Positions 1-9,460 of a stretch of 64,000 nucleotides of DNA are shown here, in pieces. The stretch is taken from positions 1-64,000 of IMG/VR virus record IMGVR_UViG_3300026512_000002. One strand, 5' to 3'. The notes below the pieces were generated by a model, which saw only the letters and a list, made by a program, of their open reading frames with translations, had not been told where the DNA came from and searched no databases. The translations under genes and the position numbers were made by a program. Numbering within the stretch: the first letter of the stretch is position 1; each line of letters opens with the position of its first letter.

Positions 1-862
1 ATTAAGTATACAATATAAAAAACCTGATGATTATTGGAAAAGGATAAAATACGATAATGGATTAAAGACATATTTTGAAAGCTCTAAGAAGTATTGGAAG
101 AAGTGGGAGTATGATGAAAATGGGTTAGAAACTTATTATGAAGACTCTAATGGTTATTGGGAAAGGATAAAATATGATGAAAATGGACTGGAAACATATC
201 ATGAAGACTCTAATGGTTATTGGGAAAAGACGGAGTATGAAAATGGGTTGAAAACATATTTTGAAAAATCTAATGGTTTTTGGGAAAAGTGGGAGTATGA
301 AAATGGGTTAGAAACTTATTATGAAGATTCTAATGGTTATTGGGAAAAGTGGGAGTATGAAAATGGGTTAGAAACATATTTTGAAGACTCTACTGGTTAT
401 TGGAAGAAGTTGAGGTATGATGAAAATGGATTGGAAACTTATTTTGAGGACTCTACTGGTTATTGGAAGAAGTGGGAGTATGAAAATGGGTTGAAAACAT
501 ATTTTGAAAAATCTAATGGTTTTTGGGAAAAGTGGGAGTATGAAAATGGGTTGAAAACATATTTTGAAAACTCTAATGGTTTTTGGAAGAAGTGGGAGTA
601 TGAAAATGGGTTAGAAACTTATTATGAAAGCTCTAATGGTTTTTGGAAGAAGTGGAGGTATAATGAGAATGGATTGAAAACTTATCACGAAGACTCTGAT
701 GGTTATTGGAAGAAGTGGAGGTATAATGAGAACGGGTTAATGACATATTATGAAAATTCTGATAATGAAAAAAGAAAGTGGGAGTATGATGAAAATGGTG
801 AATTGATATATTTTACCAATTTCACTAAAAGAGATATTAATATAGATATAGAGTACAAATAA
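1..862 (+). CDS. Trp/Tyr/Glu-rich 20-21-aa tandem-repeat protein (5'-truncated by window edge)
   Basis: Frame 2 is open from base 2 (LSIQYKKPDDYWKRIKYDNG...) into ORF 248..862. Repeats of the form YENGLxTYxExSxGxWxKWE. LSIQY and the C-terminal YFTNFxKRDIxIxIxYK match the downstream paralogue. Confidence 0.85.
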   Translation, partial: LSIQYKKPDDYWKRIKYDNGLKTYFESSKKYWKKWEYDENGLETYYEDSNGYWERIKYDENGLETYHEDSNGYWEKTEYENGLKTYFEKSNGFWEKWEYENGLETYYEDSNGYWEKWEYENGLETYFEDSTGYWKKLRYDENGLETYFEDSTGYWKKWEYENGLKTYFEKSNGFWEKWEYENGLKTYFENSNGFWKKWEYENGLETYYESSNGFWKKWRYNENGLKTYHEDSDGYWKKWRYNENGLMTYYENSDNEKRKWEYDENGELIYFTNFTKRDINIDIEYK

Positions 863-875
863 TAAAGGAGAAATT

Positions 876-1946
876 ATGAATAAAACAGAGATATTAGTAA
901 ATGCATGTAGAAGTGGTTTAAACGACTATTTTCAAAGTGGATTAGATAAAGTAGATCTAGAAAAAGTGAAAAAAATAACAGTGTATGATAGCAATGATTT
1001 TAGTAATCTAAAATGGTTAGTTGAAAAAATGAAACTGACATTAAGCATACAATATGAAGACTTTAATGGTTCTTGGGAACTGTTGGAATATGAAAATGGG
1101 TTGAAAACTTATTATGGTAAATCTGATGGTTCTTGGGAACTGTTGGAATATGAAAATGGGTTGAAAACTTATTATGGTAAATCTGACGGATATTGGGAAA
1201 AGTGGGGATATGAAAATGGGGTGGAAACTTATTATGAAAACTCTGATGGGTTTTGGAAGAAGATAGCATATGAAAATGGGTTGAAAACCCATCATGAGAA
1301 ATCCAATGGTTCTTGGCAAAAGTGGGGATATGAAAATGGGTTGAAAACTTATTATGAAAATTCTAATGGTTATTGGGAAAAGTGGGGATATGAAAATGGG
1401 TTGAAAACTTATTATGAAAATTCTAATGGTTATTGGGAAAAGTGGGGATATGAAAATGGGTTGAAAACTTATTATGAAAGCTCTAATGGTCATTGGCAAA
1501 AGTGGGGATATGAAAATGGGTTGAAAACTTATTATAAAAATTCTGATGGATATTGGGAAAAGTGGGGATATGAAAATGGGTTGAAAACTTATTATGAAAG
1601 CTCTGATGGTCATTGGGAAAAGTGGGGATATGAAAATGGGTTGAAAACTTATTATGGTAAATCTGACGGATATTGGGAAAAGTGGGGATATGAAAATGGG
1701 TTGAAAACTTATTATGAAAGCTCTGATGGATATTGGAAGAAGTGGGGATATGAAAATGGGTTGAAAACTCACCATGAGAAGTCCAATGGTTCTTGGCAAA
1801 AGTGGGGATATGAAAATGGGTTGAAAACTTATTACGAAGATTCTGATAATGAAAAAGGGAAGTGGGAATATGATAAAAAAGGCAACTTTATATATTTCAC
1901 CAATTTCATTAAAAGAGATATTGCGATAAATATAAAATATAAATAA
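876..1946 (+). CDS. Trp/Tyr-rich 20-aa tandem-repeat protein (paralogue of upstream gene)
   Basis: SD AAGGAG before ATG; about 13-14 in-frame 60-bp units encoding YENGLKTYYE(N/S)S(D/N)GYWEKWG. Confidence 0.9.
   Translation: MNKTEILVNACRSGLNDYFQSGLDKVDLEKVKKITVYDSNDFSNLKWLVEKMKLTLSIQYEDFNGSWELLEYENGLKTYYGKSDGSWELLEYENGLKTYYGKSDGYWEKWGYENGVETYYENSDGFWKKIAYENGLKTHHEKSNGSWQKWGYENGLKTYYENSNGYWEKWGYENGLKTYYENSNGYWEKWGYENGLKTYYESSNGHWQKWGYENGLKTYYKNSDGYWEKWGYENGLKTYYESSDGHWEKWGYENGLKTYYGKSDGYWEKWGYENGLKTYYESSDGYWKKWGYENGLKTHHEKSNGSWQKWGYENGLKTYYEDSDNEKGKWEYDKKGNFIYFTNFIKRDIAINIKYK
1050..1870 (+). repeat. Coding 60-bp tandem repeat array
   Basis: Successive 60-nt lines 1081-1860 are nearly identical (agtggggatatgaaaatgggttgaaaacttattat...). 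Confidence 0.95.
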
Positions 1947-1956
1947 TATTTATATT

Positions 1957-2000
1957 AAAATAACACATATTTATTAATAAATATGTGTTATTTTTTTTTT
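1957..2000. terminator. Bidirectional intrinsic terminator
   Basis: Perfect inverted repeat AAAATAACACATATTTATT/AATAAATATGTGTTATTTT plus T-tract, between convergent genes. Confidence 0.75.
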
Positions 2001-2009
2001 AATTTATTA

Positions 2010-3227
2010 CTATAATAATAACATGTTATTATATATTTTTTTTATAATATATATAATTATCATAATATTATACAATCCTTTATAATCATCATCAAATTCT
2101 AACATTTCTAATTCATCAATTATGTTGTTTTTATCAATATTATTATTTATATATTTAATAATAAAATCTTCAAACATATGTATATTATCAGCATATAATA
2201 TATTATTCTGAATATTATTTATTAAAGCACTGTCATATAAGACATATGGATTACTGCCTAGGTTACCATAATATGATGTAATCATATTATCTTCATGATC
2301 CCAATTTAATCTATTTTTTTTAGTATTAAATAAACTCATAAAGTTAACATATTGTATATTAGAACCATTTTTATTTTCTATTGCCCAATATAGTGTTTTA
2401 TCATATAGTTTGGTATAAAATAATCTATGATCCTCTTTACCGATATCTATTCTATCTAAGTAAATAGCATTATAAATATCTTTTATTTTTAATGGAATTA
2501 AAATGTTATTATTATTGGTAAATATGTTTAACATTGGGTCATATATCTTACGATTACTACTATCTGTAAAGTATATATAATTTAAGTCTTTATGATATAA
2601 GTAATCTGTTACAAATAGTAATAAATCCATATGAGTATTTACTAAACTATCTATTAAAATCCTATCATTCTCAGCAATAACTGGATTGTGTCCTGTGCCT
2701 ATATTATCATAATCTACTGTAAATTCTTTAGTAGATTTTCTATCTAATAATTCTTCAACTGTTCTATGATCTAATATAAAGCTTATACTGTAAAATTTAG
2801 CACCAGTTATTTTATCTGATTTAACATCAGTGACTTGGAATAAATGATGTTCATTATCATAATTTATTGTAAAAAAATCTTCTGGATAAGGATCTATTAA
2901 ATGTGGTATTATTATACCATTACCTTCTACAGAAGTGTCAGATCCAAAATCAGTATCTTCAACATTGACACTATCAATACCTTGAAATTGATATATTGGT
3001 AAATCATTAATTATATCAAATCTAATAGATGAATCTTTACCTAATAAACCAATTGTAGAATCTAATGAGCTTTCTATTGTCGATTGTTTAAAATTTTGAT
3101 GATAATATGTAACAAATGTTGGTTTATCTGTAAAATATATGGAATAATCCATAGTTGCCATATGTTGTCTTTTATTAATATTATCATTGAATATGGTCTG
3201 TTCTTTTTTAAGTGATATCTTAGCCAT
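2010..3227 (-). CDS. Jumbo-phage virion structural protein (AR9/phiKZ-like family)
   Basis: 405-aa ORF; pattern G-x-IIP..I.PYPEDFF.I....LFQVT is recalled from AR9-like virion proteins; late promoter motif upstream. Confidence 0.55.
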   Translation of the reverse strand: MAKISLKKEQTIFNDNINKRQHMATMDYSIYFTDKPTFVTYYHQNFKQSTIESSLDSTIGLLGKDSSIRFDIINDLPIYQFQGIDSVNVEDTDFGSDTSVEGNGIIIPHLIDPYPEDFFTINYDNEHHLFQVTDVKSDKITGAKFYSISFILDHRTVEELLDRKSTKEFTVDYDNIGTGHNPVIAENDRILIDSLVNTHMDLLLFVTDYLYHKDLNYIYFTDSSNRKIYDPMLNIFTNNNNILIPLKIKDIYNAIYLDRIDIGKEDHRLFYTKLYDKTLYWAIENKNGSNIQYVNFMSLFNTKKNRLNWDHEDNMITSYYGNLGSNPYVLYDSALINNIQNNILYADNIHMFEDFIIKYINNNIDKNNIIDELEMLEFDDDYKGLYNIMIIIYIIKKIYNNMLLL

Positions 3228-3247
3228 TATTATATCCTAATTAAGTT

Positions 3248-3259
3248 TATATAATTGTT
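3248..3259 (-). promoter_or_regulatory. Late (nvRNAP-type) promoter motif AACA-N6-TA
   Basis: AACA-ATTATA-TA 20 nt upstream of the start. The same motif occurs at 10693-10704(-), 11899-11910, 20245-20256, 22440-22451, 25585-25596, 36473-36484(-), 40584-40595(-), 40640-40651, 48691-48702(-), 48721-48732 and 55409-55420(-). Confidence 0.7.
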
Positions 3260-3534
3260 AAAAAGGAAATTTAATATACGTTTCAAATAGCTTTTAATTA
3301 TATAAAATATATATCTAGTACCGTTTAACGATTCGTTTCGGACTATCACGCCATTTTATGATGGCTAATAGCCTACACTACTCTTATAAACTAGATCAAA
3401 CTCATTGTAAATCATATGTAAATTGTTAACTGTCGTTAACTTCTTACATATAATTTATACATATTGCTAGTTTAAAAGTTTTTTTGTGATTATGGAATGT
3501 AGACGTAACAATATCCCCCTATTCACAATTTTTA

Positions 3535-3867
3535 ATAAAAAAAAAGTAAATAAGGAGATATGAGAAATACCAATTAAGAGTACCACAGGTTCTGCCTTGG
3601 AGTACCGGATAGTTTATGATCGTCAACTAACACATATTCAACATATCCTTCTATTATATAGAACAGGACGGGTATACACCAATTCAATTATTTTAAAAGA
3701 TAATCATCATGGTTCTGTTACTCAACTATATATGAACAGTTAACCTAGTAAAACTGTTTATTATCATATACCATGTCTTTTATGGTGAAGACATGTTAAT
3801 TAAAAACCTTTCCAAAGAAACTAGGTTCAAATTATTATCCAATATAAAAATATGGATAATGATCATT
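3535..3867 (-). ncRNA. Putative structured non-coding RNA (~330 nt)
   Basis: No ORF. Sigma70-like TTGACA(3903-3898)-18-TATGTT with TG extension fires into it; several hairpins; ends at a minus-strand U-tract. Strand is not certain. Confidence 0.4.
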
Positions 3868-3971
3868 ACTATAAACATATCATATGTTTAAAATATGTGT
3901 CAAGTTTTTTTTTATAATTCAAGATAATTAATATTTACATATTAATATTATAGCTATTAATATGTTTTTAC

Positions 3972-4000
3972 TTGACATAATATTTATACTAATATAGTAT
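3972..4000 (+). promoter_or_regulatory. Sigma70-like promoter for nrdJ
   Basis: TTGACA-17 nt-TAGTAT upstream of SD AGGAG and ATG 4035. Confidence 0.55.
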
Positions 4001-4034
4001 AAATATTGTTTTTATATGAATATAGGAGTTAATT

Positions 4035-7000
4035 ATGGTAAGAGAAAAAGTTCGTGGATTAAAAAGGCGTGAAATTCGAGATATTAAACTTTATATTTTA
4101 GCTAAAAAGATTAGTATTGATAAATTATCAAAACTGGTTAATATAAGCAAATATAGATTATCCAAATGTCTTAAATATGGAAACAACAAATTTACAATGT
4201 ATGAAATTTCCAATATTAAAAAAATTATTAATGATAATAACAATGAACAAATGAAAAGTGTGGAATTAAATAATAGTGATTTTTTTAAACAAAATATATC
4301 TGAAGAAATATGGAGAAGTAAATATAAAGCGGTTAAAGATAAAACAGTATTTGATACATTTGATAGGATTATCGGAACATTGTTTGACAATACTGATGAG
4401 TTTGATATAGTTATCGCATCAAAATTACGCAATATGATGCATGAGAACAGATTTTTACCTGCTGGCAGAATATTATCCAATACTGGTGATGACACTAAAC
4501 CTATTGCTAGTTTAATAAATTGTCTTGTTATGGAACAAATACCTGATTCTATGAATGGTATAATGAGTATTGCTAGAGAAGCTGCTTTAAGTCTTCAAAG
4601 AGGAAATGGTGTCGGTTATGACTTTTCATCGATAAGGCCTAAAGGTGCTTATGTAGCTGGTGTTGGTGCGGATACTAGTGGACCATTACCATTTATGGAA
4701 ATATTTAACACTATGGCTAAAACTATAATGTCTGCTGGTGGCAGAAGATCTGCTCAGATGGGAGTTATGGATATACATCATCCCGATATTGTAGATTTTA
4801 TTACATCTAAACAAAAAGAGGGTGTTCTGAAACAATTCAATTTATCTGTCAATATAACTAATGATTTTATGAACCAATTAAAATTATTCCAAAAAACTGG
4901 TGATAAAAAATATGAGTTATGGGAATTGTGGTTTTGGGTTAAATTATCACCAACAGATACTGTTCATAGAAGTAGAGTTAGTGTTATTAATAAAGGTGAA
5001 TTACCATATGATCTTAAACATAGAGATAATAATTATTTTGTATTTGATAAAACTCATATCGAAGTAAAATATGGTAATTGTTCTCATAATACTATTTATG
5101 AGAAAAAAGTTTTTAATATTATTAGAATTACAGAATTATGGGATATTATAATGCGTTCTACTTATGATTATGCTGAGCCTGGAGTATTGTTTTTAGATAG
5201 AGCAAATGAATATAATCTGCTAAAGAATTATGAAAATATTAGAGCTACAAATCCATGTGTTGTTGGGGATACGAAAGTTGCTGTTGTCAATAGAGGGGCT
5301 GTTACTATAAAAGAGCTTGCTGATAAAGGTGAGGATGTTATGGTATATGCATATGATAATGATCTTAACAGAAGAGTTGTTAAAAGAATGAGAAGGCCTA
5401 GATTAACTGGTGAAAATATTGGCGTGTATAAAATATTATTTAATTCTGGAGATAGTATAATAGTTACAGGTAATCATGAAATTTTAATGAGTAATGGTGG
5501 TTATGTTGAAGCTAAAGATTTAGAACGTGGTAGTAGCGTCCATGTGTCACAGATTAATTTTGATAAAACGTCTCATATCGAGTTTAATCCCAATGATTAT
5601 GATATTAAAGTCACTAGAGTTGATGATGAGGATGTTTCGTTTATAGAACGTACTTGTGAGCATTGTGGTAAAAGTTTCTGGGTGAGATATGACGAAAGAG
5701 AAAAAGCATTCTGTTCTGGTAAATGTTCCGATAGTTATACTGAAATTAAAAATGGTTGGAGGAACAATGTTAAATCTAGAGTAGATTATCAAAACATGGG
5801 TACCATGTTCGAATATTTGGTTGTTGATATAGAGTATGTTGGTACTAGAAATGTGTATAATGGTACTGTTGATGATGTTCATAATTTTTATGTTGTATTA
5901 GATGATAGTGATCCTAATAATGTTACTATGCTGAATAATATGCAGTGTGGTGAGCAAATATTACCATTTAATGGTGCTTGTTTATTGGGATCCATGAACC
6001 TTGTTAAGTATATTGATGGTGATAGTTTTAATTTTGCTAATTTTTATAATGATACTATTTTTGCTAATATTTTATTAGATAGGGTGGTTGAACGACATGG
6101 GTTAGCATTAACAGGACAAATTGCTGAAATAACTAGTAAACGAAGGCATGGTTTAGGTTTTACTGGATTAGGATCTATGTTCCATATACTAGGTATTGAT
6201 TATGGCAGTATTGAATCAATAGAAATGACTAGAAATATAAGTATGATTTTAGCATATGGTAGTTTAGTTGCTAATGCTAAGTTATCCAAGATTTCAGGAT
6301 CTTTTAAAATTGATAATATGAATAATTTTATTGAAGAATTTAATAATAGTAAATATTATACTCATCTTATAGATAATATTAAGAGTAGTGGGTTTGGTGA
6401 TCATATTATGAATGTTGATACGTTATTAAATATGGTCAATACATATGGTTTGAGATATTCACATGCTACATCAATAGCGCCTACTGGGACTATAAGTTTG
6501 GTTAGTAATAATGTTTCTAATGGTATAGAACCACCGTTTGCATCAGCATATAGTAGAAATGTTGTTGACGCAAACGATACTAGTATAAGTAAAACTGAAC
6601 GAATTATGGATTATGCATTTATGATGGCTTGGGAAAAATCCAACATGGATTATGATGAATTTCTTAAAGAATATAATATGAGTCATAAATTTGCTCAAGA
6701 TATATCACCTAGTGATCATATTGCTATTCAGGCTGCTGCTCAAGAATTTATTGATTCAAGTATTAGTAAGACTATAAACTGTCCCACTAATATGAAATTT
6801 GAGGATTTTAAAAATATATATTTGGAAGCATATGATAATAATTTGAAAGGTCTGACAACATTTAGGTTTAATCCTGAAGTTAGATCTGCTGTATTAATAA
6901 CAGATGACGATATGATGAATATGAATATAAAGATTATGTTTAAAGATGGTTCTAGTAAAATATATAAAGCTAGTGATCAAGTGGAATATAAAGGAAGAGT

Positions 7001-7037
7001 TGTGACAGCATATAATTTATACGATATGTATAAATAA
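4035..7037 (+). CDS. nrdJ: Adenosylcobalamin-dependent (class II) ribonucleotide reductase, intein-containing, with N-terminal HTH-like extension
   Basis: Motifs FLPAGRIL, SLINC, GxGVGYDFS, RRSAQM, FNLSV, AEPGVLF, ATNP[intein]CGEQ, ACLLGS, SIAPTGTISL, ISKTIN; followed by an NrdJb-type gene. Confidence 0.93.
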   Translation: MVREKVRGLKRREIRDIKLYILAKKISIDKLSKLVNISKYRLSKCLKYGNNKFTMYEISNIKKIINDNNNEQMKSVELNNSDFFKQNISEEIWRSKYKAVKDKTVFDTFDRIIGTLFDNTDEFDIVIASKLRNMMHENRFLPAGRILSNTGDDTKPIASLINCLVMEQIPDSMNGIMSIAREAALSLQRGNGVGYDFSSIRPKGAYVAGVGADTSGPLPFMEIFNTMAKTIMSAGGRRSAQMGVMDIHHPDIVDFITSKQKEGVLKQFNLSVNITNDFMNQLKLFQKTGDKKYELWELWFWVKLSPTDTVHRSRVSVINKGELPYDLKHRDNNYFVFDKTHIEVKYGNCSHNTIYEKKVFNIIRITELWDIIMRSTYDYAEPGVLFLDRANEYNLLKNYENIRATNPCVVGDTKVAVVNRGAVTIKELADKGEDVMVYAYDNDLNRRVVKRMRRPRLTGENIGVYKILFNSGDSIIVTGNHEILMSNGGYVEAKDLERGSSVHVSQINFDKTSHIEFNPNDYDIKVTRVDDEDVSFIERTCEHCGKSFWVRYDEREKAFCSGKCSDSYTEIKNGWRNNVKSRVDYQNMGTMFEYLVVDIEYVGTRNVYNGTVDDVHNFYVVLDDSDPNNVTMLNNMQCGEQILPFNGACLLGSMNLVKYIDGDSFNFANFYNDTIFANILLDRVVERHGLALTGQIAEITSKRRHGLGFTGLGSMFHILGIDYGSIESIEMTRNISMILAYGSLVANAKLSKISGSFKIDNMNNFIEEFNNSKYYTHLIDNIKSSGFGDHIMNVDTLLNMVNTYGLRYSHATSIAPTGTISLVSNNVSNGIEPPFASAYSRNVVDANDTSISKTERIMDYAFMMAWEKSNMDYDEFLKEYNMSHKFAQDISPSDHIAIQAAAQEFIDSSISKTINCPTNMKFEDFKNIYLEAYDNNLKGLTTFRFNPEVRSAVLITDDDMMNMNIKIMFKDGSSKIYKASDQVEYKGRVVTAYNLYDMYK
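5256..5945 (+). mobile_element. Mini-intein (230 aa) at the NP|CGE catalytic site of NrdJ
   Basis: Starts CVVGDT (block A), has VTGNH (block B) and VYNGTVDDVHNF (block F), ends ...NNMQ before Cys+1. No LAGLIDADG/HNH domain visible. Confidence 0.9.
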
Positions 7038-7139
7038 TGAAATTGATGATCCAATCATAGTGTATTAACATACGTTATGGTTGGATTACTTATAATGTTT
7101 AATATGGGGCAATATGTTTCATTTATTTATAGGAGACTT

Positions 7140-7784
7140 ATGGATAAGATAGAAAAAAGCATTGAAAGAGCTATTATGATTAAAACAACGGATGATGTTA
7201 TTAAAAATGTTGATAATGTAGCTAAGAAAAGACCTAGAGAATTGAATGGTATAACATATGCTGTTAAAACTAGGTTATTGAAACATACTTTATATGTAAC
7301 AATAAATAGTATTAGTGAAAATGGTATAACTAGACCATTTGAAATATTTATGAATAGTAAAGATAGTAGAAAGCATATTGATTTAACAATATTGTCTAAA
7401 TTATTATCATCATCTTTTAGACGTGAATTAAATATATGCTATTTAATAGACGATCTAATGTCTACCAATTCTAATAATCCTGATTCAGGATATTTTAGAC
7501 CGCCTAGAACTGAACTGGGTGAAACTAAAGGTATGCATGTTCCATCAATATATTATGAAATTGGTGAAATACTTAAAGAATTTTTAGATAAACATATTGG
7601 TGTTAAGTGTGATGGTAAGCGTATTGATAATACTATTATCATGCCTACTGAAACGGTTAATATTAAAATGAATGGTGATGACATTGTTAATAAATTTGAA
7701 TGTCCAGAATGTTTTTCTAAAAATATTTCTATGACAGGTGGTTGTAAAACATGTCTAGATTGTGGATGGAGTGCTTGTAGTTAA
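7140..7784 (+). CDS. NrdJb / TSCPD-domain RNR partner with C-terminal Zn ribbon
   Basis: KRPRELNGITY, LYVTIN, RPFEIFMNSK and terminal CPEC..GGCKTCLDCGWSAC; SD AGGAG before ATG 7140. Confidence 0.85.
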   Translation: MDKIEKSIERAIMIKTTDDVIKNVDNVAKKRPRELNGITYAVKTRLLKHTLYVTINSISENGITRPFEIFMNSKDSRKHIDLTILSKLLSSSFRRELNICYLIDDLMSTNSNNPDSGYFRPPRTELGETKGMHVPSIYYEIGEILKEFLDKHIGVKCDGKRIDNTIIMPTETVNIKMNGDDIVNKFECPECFSKNISMTGGCKTCLDCGWSACS

Positions 7785-7901
7785 ATATATCTAGTAATAA
7801 GGTTATTAAACATATTTTAATAACCTTATTTTAAAGATAGTTGTTGTATGATAAAAAAAATTGTGGTTAAATTGGAATATTGAATAATATTGGGAGTTTT
7901 T

Positions 7902-8528
7902 ATGAAAATAGATGAATTAACTTTTATTACAGAATTTACAAAATATGTTACTATTAATCATCCTACTATAAGTTTGGATGTTGGTGATTTAGAAAATTAT
8001 AGCGATGATCTTATATTAACGTGTAGTGATATAATAGATTATTTTTATGGTAAACATGATCGTATACTTAGAGAATGGTGTGGGTCGAAACATGTTGGTG
8101 TGGTGGAGATTGTTAAAGATAATCCTAATGTTAAAACACCTGTTATGGGTGCTGTTGGTTCTGCTGGTTATGACATATATGCTACAGACGACACATATAT
8201 ACCACCATTTGAAAGAGTGCTTCTTGATACTGGTATCAAGCTGTCTATACCAAAAGGTTTTGAAATACAAGTTAGGCCTAGAAGTGGTTTAGCTTATAAA
8301 AAAGGGATCACTGTTTTAAATACACCTGGTACTATAGATGCCTATTATAAAGATAATGTTAAAATATTGTTAATGAACACTACATCTGAGCCAGTTTCTA
8401 TAAGTGAAAATGAACGTATAGCACAACTTGTATTAAAACCAGTTTATGAAATATATTTTAAAACAGTTACATCGTTTACAGATAAGACAGATAGAGGTGG
8501 TGGTTTTGGTTCTACAGGTGCCATATAG
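7902..8528 (+). CDS. dut: Trimeric dUTPase with ~65-aa N-terminal extension
   Basis: Motifs AGYDI, RPRSGL, GTIDAYY, ERIAQL, RGGGFGSTG. Confidence 0.95.
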   Translation: MKIDELTFITEFTKYVTINHPTISLDVGDLENYSDDLILTCSDIIDYFYGKHDRILREWCGSKHVGVVEIVKDNPNVKTPVMGAVGSAGYDIYATDDTYIPPFERVLLDTGIKLSIPKGFEIQVRPRSGLAYKKGITVLNTPGTIDAYYKDNVKILLMNTTSEPVSISENERIAQLVLKPVYEIYFKTVTSFTDKTDRGGGFGSTGAI

Positions 8529-8538
8529 GTAATAATTT

Positions 8539-8562
8539 GGGCTCGAAAGAGCCCTTTATTTT
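8539..8562 (+). terminator. Intrinsic terminator
   Basis: GGGCTC-GAAA-GAGCCC followed by TTTATTTT. Confidence 0.8.
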
Positions 8563-8602
8563 AAAAACAACTATGATGTTATAATATGCTTTTAAAAAAA
8601 AC

Positions 8603-8631
8603 TTGACAAATACATTACAATGTCATATATT
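8603..8631 (+). promoter_or_regulatory. Sigma70-like promoter for HU gene
   Basis: TTGACA-17 nt-TATATT. Confidence 0.6.
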
Positions 8632-8678
8632 CATTATAGTTATTTATAAAATAACGTATTTTTTTATTAGGAGGAGAT

Positions 8679-8948
8679 ATGACAATTAAAGAAATTATTA
8701 AAGCAGTAGAAGAAAAAACAGAATTAACTGGAAATGAAGTGAGGCGTGTATTAGATGCATATCATGATGTTATTGTAGATACTGTTGTTTCTGAAGGAAA
8801 GTTAACGTTTCCTAAATTTGGAACATTCAAAATGACAACTAGATCAGCACGTGAGGGTATTAATCCTAGAACAAGGGAAATGATTCAAATTAAAGAATCT
8901 AAATCGATATCATTCAAACCATCTAGCGTTGTAAAAGATAGGTTGTAA
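8679..8948 (+). CDS. hup: HU/IHF-family DNA-binding protein
   Basis: FGTF...RSAREGINPRTRE.IQI...SFKPS signature; strong SD AGGAGG. Confidence 0.95.
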   Translation: MTIKEIIKAVEEKTELTGNEVRRVLDAYHDVIVDTVVSEGKLTFPKFGTFKMTTRSAREGINPRTREMIQIKESKSISFKPSSVVKDRL

Positions 8949-8959
8949 AAGGAGTTTAT

Positions 8960-9460
8960 ATGTCAAAAAATATTGATGATAATTTTGATACCAGAATTGA
9001 TGATAATACTAGTACCGAAATTAATGATGTTGTTGTAAAATCATTTGTTTTTACAGTTTCTAATGATATGTTAATAACATTGACAGATAGTGAATTATAC
9101 GCTATTAAAAACAATGTTAATAATTTTCTATTATTTTTAAATAGCATGTTTTTACCTTTATTTTATCAAGATAACAATGGATTTGTTTTTTATTTTGATG
9201 ATAATAATGGTGCTAAGTATAATGATAGAATTACTAATGGTGTTTTAGATACAGTGTTAGAAGGTGATTATGTGTCTTTTATAATAGATAATGTTAAAAA
9301 AACTGTGACTGTGAAAGGATTGATTGTTGATAGAAATTGTGTGTTAAATAATAATGTAACACAATATATCGATACATATATATCTAATATAGATGTTATT
9401 TTAGCAAGGAGAAAAACTTCAGCTGATATGAGTGAGTTTTTTCAAAATAATTTTAGTTAA
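8960..9460 (+). CDS. Hypothetical protein
   Basis: 166-aa ORF with SD AAGGAG, cotranscribed with hup. Confidence 0.75.
   Translation: MSKNIDDNFDTRIDDNTSTEINDVVVKSFVFTVSNDMLITLTDSELYAIKNNVNNFLLFLNSMFLPLFYQDNNGFVFYFDDNNGAKYNDRITNGVLDTVLEGDYVSFIIDNVKKTVTVKGLIVDRNCVLNNNVTQYIDTYISNIDVILARRKTSADMSEFFQNNFS

Noticed and set aside
1041-1799. 252-aa antisense ORF, or a DGR/CRISPR reading of the 60-bp repeats
   Set aside because: Shadow of the in-frame coding repeat; no RBS, no reverse transcriptase, and no adenine-specific TR/VR pair.
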